The notes: generated by a model not told the origin, from the sequence alone. A DNA stretch of 64,000 bases from Bdellovibrionales bacterium (GCA_965242635.1 OZ251471.1:1736737-1800736), one strand, 5' to 3'; numbered from the stretch's first letter, positions 18,128 through 27,469 are shown. Translations and numbers: made by a program.

Positions 18128-19537
18128 TCAGGGAGGACAAGCCGGAGTCCCTCCCTGTCCTGTCCAAGCCTCTAATTGGGATCCACGAGCTGAACGATCG
18201 TATCGCTTGGAAGTCCTGACTACACCGTGAGAACATGTCCAGTCTGCCCTATTTGGGCTTACATCCAAAGCCCTGAGGATATTATCGTTAAATGTGCTTA
18301 TTGGATGGTGGAAACCACTGTTTCTAAAGAAAATAACCGTATCATTGCCAACAAGACTTGTTATAGATCCGGGAGTGGAATGACAAGACAGATATTTCTC
18401 CAATGCCGTAAGAGCATCGGCAAGATTTCTACTGCCTATAATTTCATCATAAAGGGGCCCATTATTAGGGCTGTCAGCCTGAAAATCAACTCTCAAATCT
18501 GTTTGACAGCTTGTATACTCTGGTGCACAAGTGCCGGGTAGCGAACCGGGGCAACCACCAGTGCCACCTGTGGTAGTGCCGGTGGTGGTTGTAGTGCCAG
18601 TGCTGGTTGTAGTGCCAGTGCTGGTCGTGGTGCCTGGGCCTGATGTACTGGCACCCGATGTGCCGGCTGAGCCACCGCTGGAAGAGGATGAAGTCCACTG
18701 CACACCATACTCCTTTTTGCAAAATTTCTTAAAATCAGAAAGAGTCCACTTATAATCCCCGGACCTGAGCCGACCCCGGTAATCCTCTTCAAATAAATCT
18801 CCTTCAGACAACAATCTGGACAAATACGACCGGTAATTCTCCACAAACGCCTTGCAATAGGCCCCCAAATTCCTTCCCTTTGGGCACTGTAAAATGTCCC
18901 CTCTCTCTTCACACACTTCCTCCACATACTCATCCACCCATGCATAAGCCGGCTCATTTTCCTCTCTCGCCACTATGTGAAAAAAGCTTCTGTCATCCTT
19001 TAGCTCCTCTGTCAGAATATCCTTTAGCTTGTTCCCCAAACCCGCACGGGAAAAAATCTGTTTCAAAATATTAAACTCATCGTCTTCCTCCTCCAAAATC
19101 CGGGCCAATTGCTCGTTCTCTGTTATTTCGATCAAAAACTTTTTGGCCTCATCGCGGGAAAGTTTCCGGACAGTGCGGGCAAATTCTGTATCGTCTATAT
19201 CCAACAGGCACTCCAAAATATCCAGGTCCAGATCATCTGCACTGTCTTCTTCAAGCATTTCCTCAAACAGTTTTTCAAAACCAAAAACAGTTTTTTGTGG
19301 CAGTTCAAGACAGGCTTTTTCATGGCTGTGGGTGGAAAAAAGCTCATCACATATTTCCTGGCATTTTTTGTCTTTTTGGCAGGGGTTACCCTGATTGGCC
19401 TGACACTTCTCCTCCTGTTTTTCCGGGTCACTGGTTTTGGTGGTCGTTCTTTCTATGGGAGGTGGGGGCGGTTCCCCCGAACAGTTGACAAGCATGTATG
19501 TCGCCAAAAAAAACAAAAATACATACAAAAATGACAA
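18128..19537 (-). CDS. Lipoprotein with a conserved N-terminal module and a divergent C-terminal domain (intact paralogue)
   Basis: A TTG at 19537 gives (M)SFLYVFLFFLATYMLVNC|SGEPPPPP (lipobox). The track ORF extends upstream through repeat DNA; that extension was rejected. A Ser/Thr/Gly-rich linker precedes the C-terminal domain. Confidence 0.7.
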   Translation of the reverse strand: MSFLYVFLFFLATYMLVNCSGEPPPPPIERTTTKTSDPEKQEEKCQANQGNPCQKDKKCQEICDELFSTHSHEKACLELPQKTVFGFEKLFEEMLEEDSADDLDLDILECLLDIDDTEFARTVRKLSRDEAKKFLIEITENEQLARILEEEDDEFNILKQIFSRAGLGNKLKDILTEELKDDRSFFHIVAREENEPAYAWVDEYVEEVCEERGDILQCPKGRNLGAYCKAFVENYRSYLSRLLSEGDLFEEDYRGRLRSGDYKWTLSDFKKFCKKEYGVQWTSSSSSGGSAGTSGASTSGPGTTTSTGTTTSTGTTTTTGTTTGGTGGCPGSLPGTCAPEYTSCQTDLRVDFQADSPNNGPLYDEIIGSRNLADALTALEKYLSCHSTPGSITSLVGNDTVIFFRNSGFHHPISTFNDNILRALDVSPNRADWTCSHGVVRTSKRYDRSARGSQLEAWTGQGGTPACPP

Positions 19538-19551
19538 CTTTTGTGTCCATC

Positions 19552-19772
19552 CCCACCTCCTCCTTGTGGGGGTGCGGAGTGAGTTCGCCTTTGGCGATAT
19601 TTTGCGTCCTCTGCTGAGCCGATTTCTTGTGTTGAGGAACAAGTGTCGTGCAAAAAAGCTGATTTTTACGTTTACATAAGACGCATTTTTAAATAAAAAG
19701 CTTCTGCCTTTAAACAAAATGTCGCCAAACGGCGATGTTTGAACGCCCGTGCCACCACAAGGAGGAGGTGGG
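19552..19772. repeat. Palindrome-flanked conserved ~185-nt element, copy 1
   Basis: Perfect 18-bp arms cccacctcctccttgtgg / ccacaaggaggaggtggg enclose a core shared with 39948-40130. Confidence 0.85.
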
Positions 19773-19889
19773 CCGGTCCGTAAGGACTTGGTTGTGAACC
19801 TGGCACCAAGCCACCACCTATGACGCGGTGCGGAGGGGAGGGGGGTGAGATTTTTTTCATAGCCGTATTTTAAAACCAAATATTTCATT

Positions 19890-21050
19890 TTACAATAAAC
19901 CTTTTTTTAAGATACTGCACCAGTGGGCAAAGGGCCATATTTCAATACCGTCTTCGGTTTTCCGGGGTCTGTCCCCCATATACACCATGATCCGCCTTTT
20001 GATATGAGGCATATCCGCTATGGCTTTAAGCCCTCTCAAATCATCCGAAAACACCTGTGCCCGTGATTTAACTTCTATCGCTATCAGCTCTTTGGTTCCG
20101 CGTTGTAAAAGAAAGTCCACTTCTGTTTTTTTTGCCCCCGAAGGAGACCAATAATACATCTCATCAAAAAGAGAATGATAATCCCTGTTGGCTCTGAGAA
20201 TTTGAGCCACCAAGCCCTCAAACAAGGCCCCCTTTTCTTCATTGGTCACGGGACCGGAATGGCCTTTGAGGGTCCGGGCCAAACCAGGATCAATAAAATA
20301 AAACTTGGGATGTTTTTGCTCCCTCAATCGAATTTTACTGGAATACGCTGGCAGAAAAAAGCCCAACAAACTGTCCTCCAAAATGGAAAAAAAGCCCCGG
20401 ACCGTGTCTCTGGACACCTCACTTTCCCGTGCAATACCGCTCATATTGACATATTGCCCATGATAGAGGCCAGCTACTCGTAAAAAACGGGCAAAGCCAG
20501 GGAGATTTCTCACAAGGGCTTCCTCTTTTACCTCCTCCTTTAAATACAACTGAGTGTAGGCCTTTAAAGCAAAATCGGGTGCTTTGGAAGATAAAATAAG
20601 AGGCAAAAGGCCCACCCTCAAGGCTTTGTCCAAATCAAAATCTTTGCCCAGCTCCTCTGGAATAAAAGGGTGCAAAGTAAGCCAGCCCGCCCTTCCGGCC
20701 AGTAAATTGACCCCCCTGACCCTTATTTTACGGGCACTGCTTCCCGTCAGGATAAAGCGTAAGGAAAAGCTTTCCATAAGCCTATGCACTTCGTTCAACA
20801 ACGAAGGGAGTCTTTGAATCTCATCCACAATAACCAAAGAGCCTCTTTTTAGAGTGCGTAACTCATTGTAAAACAAAGTGATATTGGTCAAATAGCTTTG
20901 GTAGAGGGAACCGTCCAAAAGGTCTATATAAACAGCTTTTGGAAATACTTTTTTTAAAAGAGAGGTCTTTCCGCTCCCCCTGACACCAAATAAAAACACA
21001 TTGTGCGGAGGAAAAGAAAGTGCTCTTTTATAGATTTTTTTGTAAGACAT
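19890..21050 (-). CDS. COG1373-type ATPase (AAA plus DUF4143-like), paralogue of 58486-59628
   Basis: Walker A GVRGSGKTS, Walker B VIVDEIQRLPSLLNEVHRL, and a C-terminal TEVDFLL...AIEVK nuclease-like motif. Confidence 0.8.
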   Translation of the reverse strand: MSYKKIYKRALSFPPHNVFLFGVRGSGKTSLLKKVFPKAVYIDLLDGSLYQSYLTNITLFYNELRTLKRGSLVIVDEIQRLPSLLNEVHRLMESFSLRFILTGSSARKIRVRGVNLLAGRAGWLTLHPFIPEELGKDFDLDKALRVGLLPLILSSKAPDFALKAYTQLYLKEEVKEEALVRNLPGFARFLRVAGLYHGQYVNMSGIARESEVSRDTVRGFFSILEDSLLGFFLPAYSSKIRLREQKHPKFYFIDPGLARTLKGHSGPVTNEEKGALFEGLVAQILRANRDYHSLFDEMYYWSPSGAKKTEVDFLLQRGTKELIAIEVKSRAQVFSDDLRGLKAIADMPHIKRRIMVYMGDRPRKTEDGIEIWPFAHWCSILKKGLL

Positions 21051-21173
21051 AACACCATTTTACACAGCTTTTTGGGGATAAGCAAGACAAAAAAACACTT
21101 TTTGGACAAAAAGTCAAGCCAAATGAGGAAGAGGCATTGGAACAAAGTGGACCAGTGGAAGGGTTAAAGCAGG

Positions 21174-22268
21174 TCAGACATTAAAGCGAAACAGTACCAC
21201 ATCCCCATCCTGCACACGGTAATGTTTGCCTTCCTGCCGATAAAGTCCCTTTTCCTTGAGAGCTTTTTCCGATCCTGCTTTTTTTATATCCGCAAAGGCA
21301 TACACATGGGCATTTATAAAGCCTTTTTGAAAATCACTGTGTATTTTGCCCGCCGCCGCCGGGGCCAAAGTGCCCTTCCGCAGAGGCCAGGCTCTCACTT
21401 CTTTTTTGCCTGCCGTAAAAAAAGTGATTAAATCCAACAGCTGATAAGCATGACGAATCAGCCGGCTTAAGCCTGTCTCCTGCCAGCCCAGGGCAAACAA
21501 AAACTCCTGTTTTTCCCCCTCTGAACTGAGCCCGGCCACTTCCTGTTCCAAACAGGCGGACAGGGGCAAAACTGCCTGAGCACCGTATTTGTTTTCCACA
21601 GCACTTATGTCACTTTGGTTTTTGGTCCTGTCTTCATCTGTGTTTAAAACATAAAGGCAGGGCTTGGCCGTCAACAGAGGATACTGCTGAAAAAAAAGCT
21701 TTTCTTTTTCCTGTCCTTTTTCCCAAGGATAAAGACGTGCCGGCTTTTCCTCATTCAGGCATTCCACCAATTTTTCCAACAAAGAAAGTTCTGTGCCCAT
21801 TTCTTTGTCTTTTGTTCCTTTGGAAAGCTTGAGTATTTTGTCTCTTCGTTTGTGCAAAAATTCCAGGTCCGACAAAATAAGCTCTGTTTCCACCAACTGA
21901 ATATCCCTTAAGGGATGAACCTCTCCCTCGGTGTGTGTCACATTTCCCTTTCGAAAGGCACGGGCCACATGCACAAGAGAATGGGCCTCTCTTATATGGC
22001 TCAGGAAACGATTGCCCAGGCCCTCCCCCTTGTGTGCCCCTGGAATAAGACCGGCAATATCCACAAACTCCATAAGAGCTGGAGTGACTTTGTTTGGCTC
22101 AAAGATCCGGGCCAGCTCATCGAGCCTGCTGTCCGGCACACAAACAGTGCCCACATTGGGATCCACAGTGCAAAAGGGGTAGTTTTCCGCCGGGGCACTT
22201 AAAGAGGTAAGACAGTTAAATAAAGTGCTTTTTCCCGCATTGGGCAATCCTATAATACCGCATTTCAT
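21174..22268 (-). CDS. ychF: Ribosome-binding ATPase YchF
   Basis: MKCGIIGLPNAGKSTLFN, DIAGLIPGAHKGEGLGN, and a C-terminal TGS-like ...GKHYRVQDGDVVLFRFNV. The start at 22268 avoids overlapping the upstream gene. Confidence 0.9.
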   Translation of the reverse strand: MKCGIIGLPNAGKSTLFNCLTSLSAPAENYPFCTVDPNVGTVCVPDSRLDELARIFEPNKVTPALMEFVDIAGLIPGAHKGEGLGNRFLSHIREAHSLVHVARAFRKGNVTHTEGEVHPLRDIQLVETELILSDLEFLHKRRDKILKLSKGTKDKEMGTELSLLEKLVECLNEEKPARLYPWEKGQEKEKLFFQQYPLLTAKPCLYVLNTDEDRTKNQSDISAVENKYGAQAVLPLSACLEQEVAGLSSEGEKQEFLFALGWQETGLSRLIRHAYQLLDLITFFTAGKKEVRAWPLRKGTLAPAAAGKIHSDFQKGFINAHVYAFADIKKAGSEKALKEKGLYRQEGKHYRVQDGDVVLFRFNV

Positions 22269-22278
22269 TTTGTTGGCT

Positions 22279-23616
22279 TTAATACTGAAGTTCCAGCCGT
22301 AACCACAGGGTGCGTTCACGATCCGCGAACAAAGTGTTCCCTCCCACCCTGAAGTCACGATATTCAGCTGGCTCATTCATCACATTTTGCAAAACCAAGC
22401 CCATTCGGGTGGCTTTGTTCATGTCGTAAAAAGAATAAATATCAAGATGCTCCACAGATTTGCCCGATTCCACAAGACTCCCGCCGCTCCTTTGAGTGTA
22501 AACAGTTCCGAAAACCAGGTCGGGTGTGAGGGCGTAACCCAGTCGTAAGGACCCCAAGTGTCTGACAAATTGAGCGTCATTAAGCCATGGATCGTTGTTG
22601 TAAGTGTAAATGTATTGAGCACCTCCCTCAAGGGCCTCCAAAAGAAAGCCCACATTCACTTCCACACCCTGCACACTAAAGGACGAATCTTTTAAGGAAT
22701 CCACCAACTGAACAGGGAGAGTATTTTGATTCCTGCTCTCTGTTATACCGGTTTCAAAAGCAGACACATTCAGAAAAATATCATCGTCTTTTTCAATATG
22801 CAGGCCCATTTCATAAGTCAGGTATTCCTCCTTTTGCCTGTTCAGATGAATATCCTCTTCATCCAGGCGAACCACCTTGAGGGGCCGTTTTATCCCAAGA
22901 GAGTCCCACGAAGAGAGAGCAGAAGCAGAACTTATCCCTCCGGTTAAGAACACATTATGAAGGCGGATTTGAGCAATACGATAAGAGGCAGAACCACTCC
23001 ATTCCCAAGCCTGGTTCCTTTTTTGTTCCAGAGAATCATCCCGGTTCATCTGAATTCTGTAAGAAAAAGGGGCTGAATTTTTTGTCAGATCAATCCCGCT
23101 CGCTTTTATTCTCTCTTTTTCATCGGAAAAATATCCTCTGTCAAAGGGGCCAGTGGGCTTGTTTTGCTTTTCCAAATCAATAGTAAGTATGTAACCATCC
23201 ACTTCCCGGTCTGAAGAGTAAGCCCCAAAAAGCCTGACAGACAAAAGCCGACGCTTATACTCCACTGAATTAAGCCGATCCGGCTTTTCATTGGACGGGG
23301 CCCCAAGAGATTTAAAAAACAAAGACGGATGTTTTAACAGATCAGACAAAGTGCAGGAAGGGCAGGCACTCTGATCCCCCTCTTTCTTAAAAGTAATGGA
23401 AAGAACTGGCAGGCTCTGAACCTTTTTTTCCTCTTCAATAACACCCTGAGCGAAGGATTCTCCAGCTGAAAAACCCAAACACAACAGGAAAAAGACTTTT
23501 ATACCGATCTTGTTTGAAAATGCATGTTTCAAATTTCCCAGACAGGAGGGAAAAACCTCACAAGCGGCACCTTTTTCAAAACCAGTTTGGTTTACAGCAA
23601 ACAACTGCCTTTTCAT
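22279..23616 (-). CDS. Outer-membrane beta-barrel-like protein; the N-terminus carries an in-frame repeat-element insertion
   Basis: ATG at 23616 with a strong SD (aaaggaggg). Signal-like stretch KVFFLLCLGFSAGESFAQG. Alternating beta-strand pattern and a C-terminal ...LWLRLELQY. Confidence 0.65.
   Translation of the reverse strand: MKRQLFAVNQTGFEKGAACEVFPSCLGNLKHAFSNKIGIKVFFLLCLGFSAGESFAQGVIEEEKKVQSLPVLSITFKKEGDQSACPSCTLSDLLKHPSLFFKSLGAPSNEKPDRLNSVEYKRRLLSVRLFGAYSSDREVDGYILTIDLEKQNKPTGPFDRGYFSDEKERIKASGIDLTKNSAPFSYRIQMNRDDSLEQKRNQAWEWSGSASYRIAQIRLHNVFLTGGISSASALSSWDSLGIKRPLKVVRLDEEDIHLNRQKEEYLTYEMGLHIEKDDDIFLNVSAFETGITESRNQNTLPVQLVDSLKDSSFSVQGVEVNVGFLLEALEGGAQYIYTYNNDPWLNDAQFVRHLGSLRLGYALTPDLVFGTVYTQRSGGSLVESGKSVEHLDIYSFYDMNKATRMGLVLQNVMNEPAEYRDFRVGGNTLFADRERTLWLRLELQY
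23509..23595 (+). repeat. MITE-like element, short form, lying inside the 5' coding region of 22279-23616
   Basis: cttgtttgaaaatgcatgtttcaaatttccc...ggcacctttttcaaaaccagtttggtttac. Nearly the same as 10795-10880. Confidence 0.8.
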
Positions 23617-24052
23617 AAACCCTCCTTTTTTTACACTTGGTTATTCAATCTACCCATATCGGGTGTCCCTGATCTGATAAATGGAAAAAGGGACCTCATT
23701 TTGGACAAAAGAACCTCAAAAACAGGGGTTCTCGTCCCCGGCTCTTGTTCAGTCCCAAGAATCGCCACTTTTTAACCAAAAGTCAAACAAAAAAACAAGC
23801 TTTCTGCCACAAACACAGACCTTTTTGCTGATTTCACTGATATTGCTGATAATTCCATAACCCCACTGTAGCACAGGACCAAGGTTTGTCAACATGGCCC
23901 ACCGGGGCACTTTTGGGCCATTTTGGCTCCAGGATATAAATCATGACCCTCTACCTGACCTTCTGAGTATGGCCCGGCTTTCTTCCTCAATAATCCAGAG
24001 CAGGGGTCAGAGGGATTAAGGGCAGACAGGCTCGCCGTCTATCATAACAGGC

Positions 24053-25084
24053 TTATTCCTTGTGGGTGAAGGTGGGAATTAGCAAAGGTCTTAAGTGGGA
24101 AGGGGGTGCACCCGGCCACAAACTCAACACATAACCACCAGAACCGGAACCTGTGGGCTTGACCGCCAGAGCCCCCTGCTCTTTTAAAAAGTGCATGTGT
24201 TTTTGCATGGCCGGCCCAACCAGATCCCATCCCAAAAAACACTTTTCCGCCAAAGCAAAAGATTTTTTCAACTGCCCCAGCTTTTTATCCTCAAGCCCTG
24301 TGACAAGGCTTTCCCGTGCATGGGCCACAGCCCTCTTCATTTGTTGATCCAAAGTTTTGGCTTTTTCCGGTTGGCTTTTCCAAAAAGTTTTTATTTTCCG
24401 GATATTTTGTTTTGTGGTCCGGCCCTCTCCCGCATAAGACAAAAACACATTTGGTTTCCAAACAGGCTGAAAAGTTTTTATTTGCTGAAAACCCCCTTGT
24501 GCCCATGCAAACAAAACAGGCTGTTGCTTTAAAACAACAGCTATATCCAGACCACTGCTTTGCCCATGCAAATGGTTTTCCAGCTCATGGCAAAAATCAA
24601 ACAACTCCTTTTCTTTGAGCCAGCCCTGGCCTTGGAACAAACGGCCCACCAAAACACACAGCACAGCAGAAGCCCCCATGCCAGCCCCAAAAGAGATATG
24701 GGATTGAATATGAATGTCAAAGTTTAAGTCCTTAAAGTTTTTTTTTGCTTTTTGCAAAGCCAGCCCCAAAAGCCCCACAAAAGTTTTTTTCAACAAGGCC
24801 GATGAATCTTTTTGATTTGTCACCCTCTCAAGCTTGTTTGTGCTTTTTTTGTCATCCGCAACAGCCTTTTTTGTGTGAGCGATCACTGTCGCCACCGGAA
24901 GAAGATGTTCTGCTTTTATACTGGGTTTTTCCGCCCTTTTACGGGTTAGACGCATTTCCATAAAATGGGAAGGGAGGGGAAAGGCCAGGGCCGGGCCGGA
25001 CTTTAAAACCGTGTATTCCCCTGCCAAAATCCACTTCCCCAAAACCCGGATTGTTAAATATTCTGCTTTATGTTTAAAGGTCAT
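24053..25084 (-). CDS. GHMP-family kinase (mevalonate-pathway type; phosphomevalonate or mevalonate kinase-like)
   Basis: ILAGEYTVL N-terminal motif, GHMP motif II FGAGMGASAV, and motif III KPTGSGSGGYVLSL. Confidence 0.7.
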   Translation of the reverse strand: MTFKHKAEYLTIRVLGKWILAGEYTVLKSGPALAFPLPSHFMEMRLTRKRAEKPSIKAEHLLPVATVIAHTKKAVADDKKSTNKLERVTNQKDSSALLKKTFVGLLGLALQKAKKNFKDLNFDIHIQSHISFGAGMGASAVLCVLVGRLFQGQGWLKEKELFDFCHELENHLHGQSSGLDIAVVLKQQPVLFAWAQGGFQQIKTFQPVWKPNVFLSYAGEGRTTKQNIRKIKTFWKSQPEKAKTLDQQMKRAVAHARESLVTGLEDKKLGQLKKSFALAEKCFLGWDLVGPAMQKHMHFLKEQGALAVKPTGSGSGGYVLSLWPGAPPSHLRPLLIPTFTHKE

Positions 25085-25201
25085 ATCTGCTTATATCCTC
25101 TTTTTGAAGAGGCTATTTTAATTGGCCTTGAAAAACCCTTATTTATACTGATCTTGTTTGAAAATGCATGTAAAAACAGGCCTTTTTCAGGGCTGACTGT
25201 T

Positions 25202-26656
25202 TTATTTTTCCAAAGAGCCGGAGAAGCCAGGCTTTCCATCAAACAAATAAAGGTTTTCTGTTTTAATGAAGTCCATGCGGGAATCCTGCATACAGGACAA
25301 CAGCCGGACAATATCTGCATGTTCCACAGCAGACAAATCCTCTTTGGCAAAACGAAGTCGCCAGTGATCCGACAGCAAAACCTGAGTGGATTCGGCCGGC
25401 CACACATTGACTCCTCTGGAGGAAATGCTTTTCAGTTTTAAACCGGTTTTGGCTTTTTGAACCATTTGTGCCAGCTCAGAAGGGACTTTTTTCGGGTGGT
25501 CAATAAACACATCCACTCCAATCAGGCTCTTTTGTTCCACTTTGTGGGCCACAGGCCGGGGAGGCACCTGGCTCACCGGCGACAAAGCTGTGTAGGACAC
25601 GGCTTTCAGCTTTTGTGGTCTCTCCCCCAGCCTTTCTGTCACAGCCTGAGCAAACTCTTTGGTGCCCATTTTTTTCCGGCTGATACTTTCCTGATAAATA
25701 TCGTAAGTGTGTAAACCGTCCTCCAAAGTTTTAAGCCACGCGTTTTGTATTTTCTCAGCAGAAGGGGCTTGCCCTATATGAACCAACATCAACAAAGCGG
25801 CCTGCAAAAGCCCTGATGGGTTGGCCATATTTTGCCCGGCCCGCCGGGGGGCTGAGCCATGGATGGCCTCAAACATGGCAAACTCCTCTCCGATATTGGC
25901 AGAGCCAGCCATACCCACTGAACCACTGATTTGTGCCGCCACATCCGACAAAATATCCCCATAGAGGTTGGGCAAAACCAATACATCAAAGTCCTCCGGC
26001 CGGTCCGCCATCTTGGCAGAACCAATATCCACAATCCAGTGCTCTTTCTTCAGCTGAGGGTATTCTTTGCCCGTTTCCTCAAACATTTTTCGAAAAAGCC
26101 CGTCTGTTTGTTTCATGATATTGTCTTTGGTAAAACAGCTGACTTTTTTTCTGTTGTGCCTGAGAGCGTATTCAAAAGCAAACCGGCTGATCCTTTGCGA
26201 GCCGGACCGGGAGATCAGTTTCAGGCACTGCACCATCTCCTGACTTTGGCGATATTCCATGCCCGTATAAAGATCCTCTTCATTTTCCCTGATGATGATG
26301 AGATCCATGTCCGGGTGCTTGGTGGGCACAAAAGGATGATAGGAGACACAGGGCCGCACATTGGCATAAAGACCCAGTTTTCTCCGAATGGCCACATTCA
26401 GACTCTGAAACCCGCCCCCCTGAGGGGTGGTGACAGGAGCTTTTAAAAACACCTTTGTTTTGTAAAGGGAATCCCAGGCCCTCTGCTCTATCCCTGAAGG
26501 AAAGCCCTTGTTGTAAACAGCCTCCCCAATCTCAATAACTTCCGGCACAACACCCGCCCCGGCAGACGACATAATATCCAATACCGCCTGCATGATCTCC
26601 GGCCCAATGCCGTTTCCATAAGCTATTGTCACAGGTTTTGGCAAAGACATGCTCAT
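25202..26656 (-). CDS. icd: Isocitrate dehydrogenase (isocitrate/isopropylmalate dehydrogenase family, long ~480-aa form)
   Basis: GNGIGPEIM, SLNVAIRRKLGLYANVRP, IIRENEEDLY, LPNLYGDILSD and HGSAPRRAG, plus a ~140-aa C-terminal extension. Confidence 0.85.
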   Translation of the reverse strand: MSMSLPKPVTIAYGNGIGPEIMQAVLDIMSSAGAGVVPEVIEIGEAVYNKGFPSGIEQRAWDSLYKTKVFLKAPVTTPQGGGFQSLNVAIRRKLGLYANVRPCVSYHPFVPTKHPDMDLIIIRENEEDLYTGMEYRQSQEMVQCLKLISRSGSQRISRFAFEYALRHNRKKVSCFTKDNIMKQTDGLFRKMFEETGKEYPQLKKEHWIVDIGSAKMADRPEDFDVLVLPNLYGDILSDVAAQISGSVGMAGSANIGEEFAMFEAIHGSAPRRAGQNMANPSGLLQAALLMLVHIGQAPSAEKIQNAWLKTLEDGLHTYDIYQESISRKKMGTKEFAQAVTERLGERPQKLKAVSYTALSPVSQVPPRPVAHKVEQKSLIGVDVFIDHPKKVPSELAQMVQKAKTGLKLKSISSRGVNVWPAESTQVLLSDHWRLRFAKEDLSAVEHADIVRLLSCMQDSRMDFIKTENLYLFDGKPGFSGSLEK

Positions 26657-26735
26657 CCCCTTTATATACTGGAAAAAAAGCCGGAAGTTCCACACTTCCG
26701 GCTTTTTTGTTCTGACAAATCAGGATAACAAGCCA

Positions 26736-27344
26736 TTAAAAATGAAAATAATGCACATAATTCAGACCAAAACCCAAGCCCATTGTAAGCCGTTTAAACA
26801 GGTCTCTAAAGCTGGTCTGAATATCATAGTTGATGTTTAACACCAAGCCGGTTCGGCTGGCTGGAAACAACTTGATGCTCAGGTAAGGGGACAACAGAAG
26901 GTTGTTTTCCGCTTTCATCCGGAGATAATTGGCTTTTAAGCCCAAGGCCGGAATAAGCTTTTTCTTCCTGGTGTTTTTAATGAAGTTCCCTTCCCCCCAT
27001 ATCCCAATGCCAAACTCCACCTCTCTGGCATCGAACTTGGAGTTTGCCGGGTGCATAACACTCAAATTGGGCCCCACCTCGAAATAACCCCCATTATACC
27101 CGTAAAGAAGGTCCAGATCCAGATAGAGATTTTTGTTATCCCTGTCCTGACTCCAGGGGATGAAGTCCAGACCCACTTGCACACGATGTGTTCTTTTGCG
27201 GTAACGGTATCTTTTTTTCCTCATTCCATCGCTCGCCATATCAGACATGCCCTGTGCTTTGGCCACCACCGGCATGGCCACAGGCAAAGCCACAGCCAAA
27301 GACAGTAAACCGCCGAACAGGCACTGTATTGTTTTCTTTATCAT
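26736..27344 (-). CDS. Small outer-membrane beta-barrel protein
   Basis: Signal peptide MIKKTIQCLFGGLLSLAVALPVAMPVVAKAQG, alternating strands, and a C-terminal ...NYVHYFHF. Confidence 0.7.
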   Translation of the reverse strand: MIKKTIQCLFGGLLSLAVALPVAMPVVAKAQGMSDMASDGMRKKRYRYRKRTHRVQVGLDFIPWSQDRDNKNLYLDLDLLYGYNGGYFEVGPNLSVMHPANSKFDAREVEFGIGIWGEGNFIKNTRKKKLIPALGLKANYLRMKAENNLLLSPYLSIKLFPASRTGLVLNINYDIQTSFRDLFKRLTMGLGFGLNYVHYFHF

Positions 27345-27469
27345 TTATATCCTCCTTGTTGCTGTTTTTAAGCATAAATCATGCCGTTTCAGGCCTGCTG
27401 TTTTGCAGGCTTTTGCCCCATATAAACATGGATGAGACGGGGATGCAAGCCTCCGGGCATAAAAGAATC

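Noticed and set aside
19552-19772. Retron msr/msd or IS110-type bridge RNA as the explanation for the palindrome-flanked 185-nt element
   Set aside because: No reverse transcriptase or recombinase gene lies adjacent to either copy. Kept as an unexplained structured repeat rather than assigned.
19538-19888. N-terminal extensions of the lipoprotein ORFs (MKYLVLKYGYEKNLTPLPSAPRHR... here, and MKKNSYEKNLTPPPSAPRHR... at 16354-16665)
   Set aside because: The extensions read straight through intergenic repeat elements. Their similarity reflects shared repeat DNA. A conserved TTG followed by a lipobox signal gives a far more plausible start.
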